From an uncultured delta proteobacterium (GTDB lineage: Bacteria; Desulfobacterota; Binatia; HRBIN30; BPIQ01), in NCBI GenBank assembly GCA_963761335.1, contig CAVXGR010000005.1:96001-160000 (forward strand): DNA of 64,000 nucleotides. Reading direction: 5' to 3'. This document shows, piece by piece, positions 41,481-55,078 of this stretch. The position numbers and the translations under genes were made by a program. How positions within the stretch are numbered: the first letter of the stretch is position 1; each line of letters starts with the position of its first letter. The notes below the pieces were generated by a model, which worked only from the letters and a program-made list of their open reading frames with translations, was not told the origin of the DNA and ran no database searches.

Positions 41481-41601
41481 AGAGGTTGTCTCAAAAGCAG
41501 AGTAGAAGCGCCGTCCCGGCGCTTTCCGAAGCGGCGAGACGCCGCTTCTACTCGGCCCGCGAGCCGGCGGGAATCGCCTTGAAGGGTTTGAGACAGCCTC
41601 T
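41481..41601. mobile_element. MITE-like unit: 15-bp TIR enclosing a GTAG REP doublet
   Basis: agaggttgtctcaaa...tttgagacagcctct (14/15 inverted match) around agtagaagcgcc...gcttctact; related copy at 44017-44136. Confidence 0.6.
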
Positions 41602-41635
41602 TCAACCCCCCGGCCCCGCCTACCGCGCCGGCCGT

Positions 41636-41673
41636 GGCTGTGAGATTTCGAACGCCAGGAGTAGCCTGTCCCC
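41636..41673. repeat. Right half of family 3 element
   Basis: gtgagatttcga...gagtagcctgtcccc. Confidence 0.6.
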
Positions 41674-41680
41674 ATCCACT

Positions 41681-42886
41681 TCACCTGTACAGCAGGAATT
41701 CCTCGCGCTCCTCGCGCCAGGAGGCCTCGTCGGCCGCGGCCTTGGTCTCCAGATCGGCGGGCGCGGCTGCCGTGTCGTCCACCCACTCGCGCAGCAGCGA
41801 GCTGCCGTTGATCACGTCGATGGCGAGTCGATCGCGCTCGTACTCGTAGACGAAGTCGCGCCACAGCGGGTAGTCCGGCCGCAGCCGGCGCAGTCCCTTG
41901 AAGGCGAGCGCCGCCAGACGCCAGGGTCGGAAGCGCTGGTGATCGTAGCCGCCGGCATCCACGTGAATCTGCAGGCCGGCGCACAGCGCCCCGGCGTGCT
42001 TGTGGAAGGTGGGCTCGAACCAGCAAGGGCGCAGCCGGCAGCCGATGAGCCACTCCGGGGCGAGGGCGCTCATCTCGGCGAGCAGGGCGCGCGCCTCGAT
42101 GTCGGGAGCTCCGAAGAGCTCCAGGGGACGGGTGGTGCCGCGCCCCTCGGAGAGGGTGGTTCCCTCGACCATCACCGTCCCCGCGTAGCAGCGCGCCATC
42201 CACAGATTCGGGGCGTTCGGGCTCGGGTTGACCCAGGCCCGCTCGCCGAGTGGCCAGCCGAAACCCGGCGCTTGCCACGGCGCCCACCCCTCCATGGCCA
42301 CCACCTCGCACTCCACGTCGAGATGCAGGGTGTGCACGAACCAGCGCGCCAGCTCTCCGATCGTCAGGCCATGGCGCATCGGCAGCGGGCCGGCACCGAC
42401 GAAGCTCTCGGCGCCGGGGCGCAGGCGCAGCCCCTCGATCGGGCGGCCGGCGGGGTTGGGGCGATCGAGGACCCACACCGCCTTGCGGTGCCGCGCCGCC
42501 TCTTCCAGCACATAGCGCAAGGTGGTGACGAAGGTGTAGATGCGGCAGCCGAGGTCCTGGAGATCCACGAGAAGGACGTCGAAGGTGTCCATCATCGCCG
42601 GGGTCGGACGCCGCACCTCACCGTACAGGCTGAAGACCGGAACGCCGCGCCGCGGATCGGTGAATTCGGCGGACTCGACCATGTTGTCCTGCTTGTCGCC
42701 GCGGAGGCCGTGCTGCGGGCCGAAGGCAGCGGTGAGAGACACGTCGCCGAGATCCGCGAGCGCGTCGAGGGCGTGCACCAGGTGGCCGGTCACCGATGCC
42801 GGATGCGCCAGCAGGGCGACGCGCCTGCCGCGCAACGACCGCCGCAGCGCCGACTCCTCGAGCAGCCGATCCAACCCGAAGCGCAT
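41681..42886 (-). CDS. DUF1343 / NamZ-family protein (exo-beta-N-acetylmuramidase-like)
   Basis: FGPQHG, SLYG, DLQDLGCRIYT, LDRPNP, RHGLTIGELA and SEGRGTTRP. Confidence 0.9.
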   Translation of the reverse strand: MRFGLDRLLEESALRRSLRGRRVALLAHPASVTGHLVHALDALADLGDVSLTAAFGPQHGLRGDKQDNMVESAEFTDPRRGVPVFSLYGEVRRPTPAMMDTFDVLLVDLQDLGCRIYTFVTTLRYVLEEAARHRKAVWVLDRPNPAGRPIEGLRLRPGAESFVGAGPLPMRHGLTIGELARWFVHTLHLDVECEVVAMEGWAPWQAPGFGWPLGERAWVNPSPNAPNLWMARCYAGTVMVEGTTLSEGRGTTRPLELFGAPDIEARALLAEMSALAPEWLIGCRLRPCWFEPTFHKHAGALCAGLQIHVDAGGYDHQRFRPWRLAALAFKGLRRLRPDYPLWRDFVYEYERDRLAIDVINGSSLLREWVDDTAAAPADLETKAAADEASWREEREEFLLYR

Positions 42887-42953
42887 GCAGGCGCGCCTAT
42901 CACGCCGGCGCGGTGCGGACCAGCGGGAACGCCGGGAGCGCGGCCATCCTTGT

Positions 42954-43493
42954 CTACTCCAGGCGCAGAACGAACGCCTCGGGGTGATGGAAGTCGGGGG
43001 CGCCCGCGGGGTGGTGCAGTGCCCAGTACGAAAGGCCGCCGCCGGCGCTCTCGACGACCGCCGAAAGGCCCACCCGGAGCGGCGCCTGCGCCAGCACGGC
43101 GGAGAGGCGATCGAGGGCCAGGTTCGCGGCCAGCTGCAGGACGCTGTCCTCGATGCTCGAGGCGATCTCCGGCGCCAGCGACTCGTCCACCCCGCCGGCG
43201 CGCCGGCGATAGCCGCCGAAGGCGTATGCGGCCCACTCGCCGGACGGCGCAAAGTTGAGCTCGTGGTAGGGCGGCGCGTCGTCCGCGGCGATGAAGACCT
43301 CGAAGCAGGTGTGCTCCCAGAGCCGATCGCCGCGACGCGGAGCCGCCGGCGCCCGGATGCGCAGGCGATCGAGATCGGCGTCGAGGCGGAACGACACCGT
43401 CAGGACCGCTGCCTGCCGTTCCACGTGCACGGCGATGGAGCGCACCAGCGCGCACGGCGTCGACGGGTGCGGTCTGAGGGCGACGGCAATCAC
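42954..43493 (-). CDS. DOMON-like domain protein
   Basis: LWEHTCFEVF, YHELNFAPSGEW and YWALHHP...PDFH. Confidence 0.85.
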   Translation of the reverse strand: MIAVALRPHPSTPCALVRSIAVHVERQAAVLTVSFRLDADLDRLRIRAPAAPRRGDRLWEHTCFEVFIAADDAPPYHELNFAPSGEWAAYAFGGYRRRAGGVDESLAPEIASSIEDSVLQLAANLALDRLSAVLAQAPLRVGLSAVVESAGGGLSYWALHHPAGAPDFHHPEAFVLRLE

Positions 43494-43667
43494 CCGATGC
43501 GCCTATGCGCGCGCCGGCGGGCAGTCAACCGCACGGAAAGCTCGTGAGTGCTCCCCTGTCCCTCTGCCACGGGCAATACGGGAGAGGGGACCGGCGCGCG
43601 CAGCGATCGGTCCGGGCAGCTTCGGGGATGGTGCATCGTCGTTCCCGACTTGCTACTACCCGGGTGT

Positions 43668-43979
43668 ATGGCGAGGTCGTCGGAGGGCATTCTTCAGGAG
43701 CAGCAGGCCGAGCTGATCAGCGAGCTCGAGCGGACCTGGTGGAGCGACGCGGCGGTCTCGGTCGTCGTCGCGGGGCTGGCGACTGCGCTGCTGTCCTTCA
43801 TGTTCGGCCGCCCGTGCCTGCGAGGAGAGGCCTTTCTGGGACACGTTTGGTGCGCCGAGGTCGGCCCCTGGAGCTACACGCGCCTGGGCCTCTTCGCGCT
43901 GCTCAATCTCGGCGCCACCACGCCGCTGACCTTCTCCGCTCTGCGCGGCCGCCGGCGCCGGCGGTTCTGGTCCTTCTGA
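43668..43979 (+). CDS. Small hypothetical membrane protein
   Basis: Two hydrophobic segments with two Cys between them; fills the intergenic gap. Confidence 0.5.
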   Translation: MARSSEGILQEQQAELISELERTWWSDAAVSVVVAGLATALLSFMFGRPCLRGEAFLGHVWCAEVGPWSYTRLGLFALLNLGATTPLTFSALRGRRRRRFWSF

Positions 43980-44016
43980 GCGGCCGCGGCCGTCGGGCGC
44001 GTCGCACATCGAAGAC

Positions 44017-44136
44017 CTCAAAAGTAGAAGCGCCGTCTCGGCGCTTTCCGAAGCGGCGAGACGCCGCTTCTACTCGGCCCGCGCGCCGGCGGAATCGTCT
44101 TGCCAGCGTTTTGAGACCGTCTCTTCAACCCCCGGC
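44017..44136. repeat. Second copy of the REP-doublet/MITE-like unit (family 2)
   Basis: 52-nt core nearly identical to 41501-41552, with shared tail tttgagac...tcttcaacccccggc. Confidence 0.85.
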
Positions 44137-44210
44137 GAACGGGAGTGAGCTCCGCCCGCACCAAAGACACGGCGCGGCCGCGCGCCAGGAATTTTGTGCG
44201 GCGCCGGCCG

Positions 44211-45416
44211 TCAGGCGCTGCGGAAGCGCACCGGCAGCGAGCCCAGCACGCGGAAGAGCGACTCGCCCCAGCGGCGCTCCTCCGACACCAGCTCGAGGCC
44301 GTCGAGGCGCTGCACCAGCGTGCCGATGGCGACCTGGGCCTCCATCCGCGCCAGGTGGGCGCCGAGACAGAAGTGCGTGCCGCCGCCGAAGGCCAGGTGC
44401 TCGTTTTCTTGGCGGCTGATGTCGAAGCGCTCGGGATCGGGAAACTGCACCGGGTCGCGATTCGCCGCCGCGAGCATCGCCCACACCTGGGTGTTCTTGG
44501 GGATCACGACGCCGCCGAACTCCGCGTCCTCGTGCAGGAAGCGGGGGGTGAGGATGATCGGCCCCTCGAAGCGCAGGCACTCTTCGACCGCAGACTCGAT
44601 CAATGTCGGATCGTCGCGCAGCTTGCGCAGCTGCTCCGGGTGCCGCAGCAGGTTGAGGACGCCGTTGCCGATGAGGCCGATGGTGGTCTCGAATCCGGCG
44701 ATGAGCAGGCCGACGCAATGCGTGAGGAGCTCGGAGGGACTCAGCCGATCGCCCTCCTCCTCGGCGCGGATCAGGTTGCTGAGAATGTCGTCGGTGAGGC
44801 TGCGGCGGCGCTCGGCGATCAGCTCGGTGAAGTAGTTGCGCAGCGCGTCCGAAGCCGCCAGGCCGCGGATCACCACCTCCTCGGGGGCGAACAGTGCGGC
44901 GAGCAGGTGCGTCGCGTGCGCCGTCCAGGTGGCGAACTTCTCCCGGTCCGCCACCGGCACCCCCATCATCTCGCAGATCATCGTCGCCGGCACCGGCAGG
45001 GCGAGGTCGGCGACGATATCCATCTCGCCGCGGCCCTTCACCTTCTCCAGGAGCTCGTCGGCGACTTCCTGAGCTCGAGCCCGCAGCTTCTGGATGGCGC
45101 GCGGCGTGAACGCCTGATTCACCAGCTTGCGCAGGCGGGTGTGGTTGGGAGGGTCCTGCTGCAGCATGAACTCCGCCGGCCGCACATCCGGGATCTCGCC
45201 CGGGAAGGTCCCGTCGGTCAAGCGCACGCCGGTGCGCACCTGCTTCAAGAGCCGCACGCAGTCCTGGTAGCGACACAGCCGCCAAATGCCCATCGGCGTG
45301 TCGCTCACCGGTGCCTTTTCGAGAAGGCGCTTGAGCGCCGGGTACGGGTTCTCCCGAAAACCCGGCTCCATCATGTTCGCTCCCCACCAGGGGTCGTGCG
45401 CAGCGGCCGTGCTCAT
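44211..45416 (-). CDS. Cytochrome P450
   Basis: AGFETT I-helix, EECLR and FGGGTHFCLG heme motif; GGAGG RBS. Confidence 0.96.
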   Translation of the reverse strand: MSTAAAHDPWWGANMMEPGFRENPYPALKRLLEKAPVSDTPMGIWRLCRYQDCVRLLKQVRTGVRLTDGTFPGEIPDVRPAEFMLQQDPPNHTRLRKLVNQAFTPRAIQKLRARAQEVADELLEKVKGRGEMDIVADLALPVPATMICEMMGVPVADREKFATWTAHATHLLAALFAPEEVVIRGLAASDALRNYFTELIAERRRSLTDDILSNLIRAEEEGDRLSPSELLTHCVGLLIAGFETTIGLIGNGVLNLLRHPEQLRKLRDDPTLIESAVEECLRFEGPIILTPRFLHEDAEFGGVVIPKNTQVWAMLAAANRDPVQFPDPERFDISRQENEHLAFGGGTHFCLGAHLARMEAQVAIGTLVQRLDGLELVSEERRWGESLFRVLGSLPVRFRSA

Positions 45417-45541
45417 TGGTCACCTCCGTTTACGACGTCGAGGCTACGTGCCTGCTCTCCCTACGGCAAGAAGTTGAGGGCGTCGTAGGCGATCGAGCCC
45501 AGTCCGGCCAGCCGGCGCAGCTCCAGCGATCGCGGCAACGC

Positions 45542-45802
45542 TCACCTGCTCGTCGGCTCGACCAGCGTCGCCGTCCACACGCGGTCGAGGGGCATGCCGA
45601 TCTGGCGCTGCGCGGTGCGCACGGACTCGGCGTCCGGCGCCTCGTACAGGCAGATCATCCGGCGGCGGTCGGCCGAGAAGTAGGTGCGCAGGAAGCGCAC
45701 CTCGTGCTGCTGCATGCACCAGGCGCCCTGGTCTTCGATTGCCTGGATCGTCTCGAAGTCCACGGGCTCTTCGAACGAGCGCTCGACGATGACGAGCTCC
45801 AT
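45542..45802 (-). CDS. DUF4242 / SCO4226-like small protein
   Basis: MELVIVERSF...RMICLYEAPDAESVR...GMPLDRVW; GGAGGA RBS. Confidence 0.85.
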   Translation of the reverse strand: MELVIVERSFEEPVDFETIQAIEDQGAWCMQQHEVRFLRTYFSADRRRMICLYEAPDAESVRTAQRQIGMPLDRVWTATLVEPTSR

Positions 45803-45816
45803 AGCGGTCCTCCGGG

Positions 45817-46083
45817 TCATTCGTTCTGCTTCGGCGGCTCGAGGATCGCGGCTGTCCAGATGCGATCGACCGGGGCACCCATCTGGCGGCTCATCAGGCG
45901 CACCGATTCCGCGTCCGGCGCCTCGAACAGGCACACCATGCGCAGGCCGTCCGGCGACAGGTAGCTGTGGAGACGGCGCACGTTGTGCAGCTGCATGCAC
46001 CAGGCGCTGCCCTTCTCGATCTCGTGCACCCCCTCAGGGGTCATCGGCTGCTCGAACGAGCGCTCGACAATGACGTGCTCCAT
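45817..46083 (-). CDS. DUF4242 / SCO4226-like protein (in frame with the upstream regulator)
   Basis: MEHVIVERSF...MVCLFEAPDAESVR; own GGGAGA RBS, but no stop separates it from the regulator. Confidence 0.8.
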   Translation of the reverse strand: MEHVIVERSFEQPMTPEGVHEIEKGSAWCMQLHNVRRLHSYLSPDGLRMVCLFEAPDAESVRLMSRQMGAPVDRIWTAAILEPPKQNE

Positions 46084-49000
46084 CGCGATTCTCCCGATGC
46101 GGCGCCTTTCGGCCGCACCTGTCCCGTGCCGTTTCAGTAGCTCTCGCGCTGCGTCGCGAACATGTGCCGAGACGCTCGGTAGCGGCTCCCGCTGCAGCGC
46201 CTGGACATGTCGCCTGACGTCCTCGGTATTTCCCATGGCGGCGTCGGCCTCCGCCAGCACGATCAGCGCCAGAGCGACCTCGCTCGGACGCTGCAGCAGG
46301 CGCGCCGCCTGCAAGCCCTCGCTGGCGCGCTCCTTGGCCCGCGCGGCGTCGCCGCGGCCGAGATGCAGGTCGGCGGCGCGCGTCAGCGCGTACGCCAGCC
46401 GGTGCTTGGCATCGACGATGCGCAGCGCCGCGAAGGCGCGCTCGAGATCGCCGAGCGCACCGTCCTGGCCGAGGGCGTACTGCGACAGCGCCAGGAGGGC
46501 TCCGGCGAAGGCCGCTTCGCTGCCCTCGCGCAGCTTCTCGCCGATCTCCACGAGCTCGGCGCTCAGGGCCTTGGCCTCGGCCCAGGCGGCGCGCTGCAGC
46601 TCCAGCATCACCAGGTGCTCGAGTGCCTGGAACTCGCCCATCCGGTCGCCGTCCCGCCGCGACAGGGCGCGCGCATGTCCGAACAGCTGCGCCGCCTCGC
46701 CGAGCCGTCCCTGATGCATGCGCAGCAGACCGACGGCGTCAGGCACGGCGACGGGCTCGATCCCGAGGCGGGCGGAGAGGGCGCTTGCCTCCAGGAGCAG
46801 CGCCTCGGCGTGGCTGAGATCGCGCTCGAGCATGGCGAGACAGCGCGCCGCCTCCGCCATCGCCACCACCCGCTCGGCCTCATCGCCGGAACGGCTGATC
46901 AGCTCGGCGCGCAGCGTCTGCGCTTGCGCCGCGGACCAGTCGCCGACCTCCCAGCGCAGGTAGCTGAGCAGGTGAAACCCCAGCCGGGCATGCTCCAGGC
47001 AGCCCTGATCGAGCGCCCGCTCCGCGAGGAGCTCGACGTCTCTCGCCGCCTCCTCGATCTGGTCCGGACGCCGCGCCGCCAGCTTGATCTCGCTGAGCTC
47101 GAGCATCAGCTGGGTGCATTCGGGCTCGGCGAGCTCGGCGGCGTAACGCATGCCCCGGCGCGCCAGGCCGTAGGCATCGGCGCTGGCAAACAAGCGCAGG
47201 CAGCGTCGCCCGGCGGCGACGCACGCCTGTGCCGCCATGCTCGCCTCGCCGGCGAGGGCGGCGTGATGGGCGATCTCCGCCGCGGCGCTCTCCTTGTCGC
47301 CGTCGATCTGGTGAATCGCCTGGGCGACGCGCAGGTGCATGAGCCGGCGGCGTGGCTCGGAGAGCTCCGCGTAGACGGCGCGTCGCACGAGGTCGTGCGC
47401 GAAGGTGTAGGCTCCCTGCGCGCCGGCCTTACCGCGAAATGCCTGTAGCAGCCCGTGGCGCTCGAGGGTTTGCAGCGCGCCGATGAGCCCCTCGAGGCCC
47501 ATCGCCGTCAGCTCCTTCAGCCGCTGCACGCTGATGAAGGTGCCGAGCGCCGCGCCCCAGCGCAGCACCTCGCCGGCCTCGGCGGGCAAGCGATCGAGGC
47601 GGTCGCGCACCAGATCGGTCAAGGTGCGCGGCACGTCGTCGTCGCGATGCGGCAACGAGCGGGCGCACCTCGATGGCGAAGAGGGGATTGCCGGCGCTCT
47701 CCTGGAAGACGCGCGCCGCGTCGGCCTCCGGGGTGATGGCGCGCACCAGCTCCGCGATCTCGTCTGCGGTGAGCGGTCCGAGACCGAGCTCGTCGAGCAG
47801 GCGATCGTGGCGCAGGCCGCGCAGGAGCCGGAGCGCCGGCGGGTTGTCCTGGAGCTCCCCGTCCCGCGCCGCCAGCGCCACGAGCACCGGCCGGTGGCGA
47901 TTCATCCGCGCGCAGTAGTGCAGGAGCGCCGCCGACGCCTCGTCGCACCACTGCAGGTCGTCGAACACCAGCAGGACCGGCGGCGCGCTGTGGGCGCGCG
48001 CCGCGATGATCTCGACGACGGCGCCGAACAGCCGATCGCGGCTGCGCTGCGCGTCGGACTCTTGCGCCAGCTCCGGAAGCAGCGGCGCCAGGTCGCCGCC
48101 GATGGTGTCGCCGACCGCGATCGCCGGCAGCCGGCGCAGGGCGTCGATCCACGGCCCGTACGGGCGCCCGCTCTCCGCCTCGTAGGCGCAGCCGTCGAGC
48201 ACCGTGCCGCCGCGCTGCCGCACCTGCTCCATGAGCGCCGCGAGCAGCGAGCTCTTGCCGACACCCGGCTCGCCGGTCAGCAGCAAGACGCGCTCGCAGC
48301 GCTGGCTCTCGACCTGGGCGAGGACCTGAGCCAAGCGCGTGCGCTCCTCCCGCCGGCCCACCAGCGCCGCGGACGCGGCCGCGGACTGATCCGGCGGCAG
48401 CGGCGCGACCGCGGCGGACACCGCGGGTGCGCCTGGCGCGGCGATGGGATTCGCGGCGCCGGGCGCCGCCGCGCCCGGCCGCGCTGCTTGCCACGCCTGC
48501 GCCAGCCTGCCGGAGGGGGCCGCGCCGAGCTCCTCGAGCAGGCGGCAGGCGGCGCGATACTGCTGCTCGGCCTCGCGGTGGTGGCCGGCGGCAGACAACA
48601 GCCGCACCAGCCTCGCCTGGGCATCCTCATCGAGCGGATCGGCCTCCACCAGGCTGCGGGCGAACGGCAGCGCTTCCTCCGGGTCGGCGGCGAGGCGCTC
48701 GATCAGCGCCGACAGCACGGCCGCCTGCAGGTGCCGCGCCTGGGCGCGCTGCGTGGCGCACCAGATCTGGAAGTCGTGGAAGTCGGCGAGCTCCAGGCCT
48801 TCGAGAAACTCGCCCCGGAACTCGCCGGCGAGCTCCCGCAGACGCGCCGTCGACAGGGCTTGGATACCGCCGTCCACCTCGCCGCGGATCGCGCAAGAGG
48901 TCGACCGAGACACCGGCGCCGTCGAAGGCGACGCCGTCCCGATCGGCGACGATCCGCGGCCGCTCCGGCTCGTCGACCAGGGCGCGCAGCTTGCTGAGGC

Positions 49001-49277
49001 TCCAGCGCAGGGCGCCGCGCGGATCGTCGGTGACGTCCCAGAGCATCGAGCACAGCCGCTCGCGCCGGTGCGGCCGTTGATCGACGACGAGATAGGCGAG
49101 CAGGGCGCGAGTCTTCTTGGAGGCCGGCAGGGGCAGGCGCTCGCCGCCCCGGCTCGCCTGGATTTCTCCGAGGAGTCGGACACTTAGCGCCTCCGAACGG
49201 GCCTTGGGCTTCTTTCTCGGCCGGGCGCCAGGATGCTTCCGCGGACGCGCCGGTCGCGCCTCACTCCTCTCGGCCAT
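46084..49277 (-). CDS. SARP/BTAD-AAA ATPase-TPR transcriptional regulator (two apparent +1 frameshifts)
   Basis: wHTH RALLAYL/ALRWSLSKLR, BTAD GEFLEGL...DPLDE, Walker A GEPGVGKS, FDDLQW, GNPLF and FAHDLVR across three frames; shifts at about 48892 and 47665. Confidence 0.85.
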
Positions 49278-49408
49278 GCTCCTCCGGGTGAATTACAACG
49301 GAACCCTAGTGCATTTCCCACGCCCAGTACAACGGCGGCTCACACGGTCCGGGTGCTCTAATCCGACAAAACAAAGGCGGGCGAAAGAGCCCGAGAAAGG
49401 AGCGACAC

Positions 49409-50326
49409 ATGACACATTCATACACCTACCAGGATGCGCTGGCCGCCGCAGAGCGCGTCAACTGGCGCATCGAGGACCTCATCGGTCCGGGCAAGGAGCT
49501 CGACTACGGCAAGGCCTTCATGCCGGAGTCGCTGGCGCGGGTGGAGAGCCTCGACTTCCTCTCCCCCGAGGAGCGGCGCACCCTCAACCAGATCCGCGGC
49601 CACAACTACCTCTACATGTTCGGCGCGGTGGAGGAGTTCATCCTGCCCTTCGTGCTCGACCACGCCCGGCCGCAGCTCCACGGCGACGACTACCGCATCC
49701 GCGCCCTGCTGCGGTTCGCCGGCGAGGAGGCCAAGCACATCCACCTCTTCAAGCGCTTCCGCGCCGAGTTCGAGCGCAGCTTCGGACACCGCTGCGAGGT
49801 CATCGGGCCGCCCGAGGCGATCGCCCGCGCGGTGCTCTCGCACCACCCGCTCGGGGTGGCGCTCGCCATCCTCCACATCGAGTGGATGACGCAGCGGCAC
49901 TACGTCGAAAGCGTCAAGGACGACGGTCAGCTCGATCGCGCAGTTCAAGAGCCTGCTCCGCCACCACTGGATGGAGGAGGCGCAGCACGCCAAGCTCGAC
50001 ACGCTTGATGGTCGAAGCCCTCGGCGAATCCTGCGGCGGGGGCGAGATCGAGGATGGCGATCGACGATTACGTGCGAGATCGGCGGCTTCCTCGACGGCG
50101 GGCTGGAGCAGCAGGTGGAGTTCGACCTCGACAGCTTCGAGCGCGCCACGGGCCGGGTGCTGACCGAGGCCGAGCGCGAGCAGCTGCATCGCGGCGCAGC
50201 GGCAGGCGATGCGCTGGACCTTCCTGGGCTCGGGGATGACGCACCCGAACTTCCTGGCCACGCTCGAGGAGCTGCGGCCCGGCGGCCCGCGCCCACGTCG
50301 AGGAGCTGGCGCCGACGTTCTGCTGA
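49409..50326 (+). CDS. Ferritin-like diiron protein (multiple apparent +1 frameshifts)
   Basis: VEEFIL, EEAKH, HIEWMTQRHY and EEAQH; removing single bases gives a continuous frame ending APTFC-TGA 50326. Confidence 0.78.
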
Positions 50327-50398
50327 GCGCGGCGCCGACGAGACGCAACTCGTATCCATTCCAACGACGAGAACGAAGAACGAAGAAGGAGGAAGATC

Positions 50399-50972
50399 AT
50401 GGCAAGCACCGCAGAGAAGAAGACCCCAGCAGTGAACGGCATCGACGTCGAGGCGCTCGGCGCCATCATCCGGGACATCGAGCAGGACCCGTCCAAGGGG
50501 ATCGTGGAGTTCCGCGTCAAGTCGGCGTGGAAGGGGCAAACGCGCAGCGAGACCCGCAGTGGACTCCTACACGATCGGCGGCCAGGAGGTGAAGCGGCGC
50601 TTCAGGGTCGACGTCGACGAGCCGGTCGAGCTGCTGGGCACGAACACCGCGCCCAACCCGCAGGAGATGCTGATGACCGCGCTGAACGCCTGCATCATGG
50701 TCGGCTACGTCGCCGGCGCCGCCGTCAGGGGCATCCGCCTCGAGCGGGTCGAGATCGAGACCTCGGGCGAGCTCGATCTGCGCGGCTTCCTCGGCATCGA
50801 TGCCGAGGTGCGCCCCGGCTACGAGTCGATCCAGTACATGGTGCGCATGAAAGGCGACGGCACCCGCGAGCAGTTCGAGGACATCCACGAGACGGTGATG
50901 CGCACCTCACCCAACTACTTCAACGTCTCGCGGCCGATCCGCATCGACTCCGAGCTGGTGGTGGAGTCCTGA
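50399..50972 (+). CDS. OsmC-family protein (one apparent +1 frameshift)
   Basis: VNGIDV...DEPVELLGTNTAPNPQE...NAC and GELDLRGFLG; shift at about 50558. Confidence 0.85.
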
Positions 50973-51142
50973 GTCGCAGCGCGGGATCTCCCCGCAGAAG
51001 GGGACGGGCTCTTTCCGGCGCAAGGATGCTTCGATGAAGGTCTCGACGTTCTTCGCCGGAAAGGTGCCGCCGCTTCGAAAATGTCTTGGGTGAAGGTCTG
51101 GCGGATAATAGGAGATTGGAGTGGAGCACATGCCCCGGCGCT

Positions 51143-51448
51143 TGGCGTGGAGCTTGTCGCCCCGGAGGCTGGCGTGGAGCGTGTCGCCCCGGAGGGGCGC
51201 GGGCATGTAGCCCCGGGTGTCAACCCGGGGACCGGGTTCCGATTGGCCCAGATCAGCGCCCCGTAGGGGCGCAGGCGTAGAGGCCGCGCGAATCACCTCG
51301 ATCAGCTTCCCACGCACCCAGCGGTGATCATCGGCGTACAGGCGCGACATCGAAAATCTGCCCGCGCCCCTGGCGGGGCGCGTATGACGGAGCGCGCATT
51401 TTTCCCCGGGTTTCACCCGGGGCTACCCGCCACCGCCCCTCCGGGGCG
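51143..51448. repeat. GC-rich palindromic cluster (family 6) preceded by a 27-nt tandem duplication
   Basis: cgccccggaggggcg...tagccccgggtgtcaacccgggg is mirrored by ccccgggtttcacccggggcta...cgcccctccggggcg; a fragment recurs at about 28252. Confidence 0.75.
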
Positions 51449-51499
51449 AACTTCGAGTTTGCAGAGAGCGACGATCTCTCTGGCCAAAGTAGCTGTCCC

Positions 51500-55078
<3,579 letters not shown>

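Noticed and set aside
47429..50972. Programmed frameshifting or true pseudogenes in the regulator, diiron and OsmC genes
   Set aside because: No slippery sites seen; uniform +1 insertions next to a sequence-quality collapse point to error.
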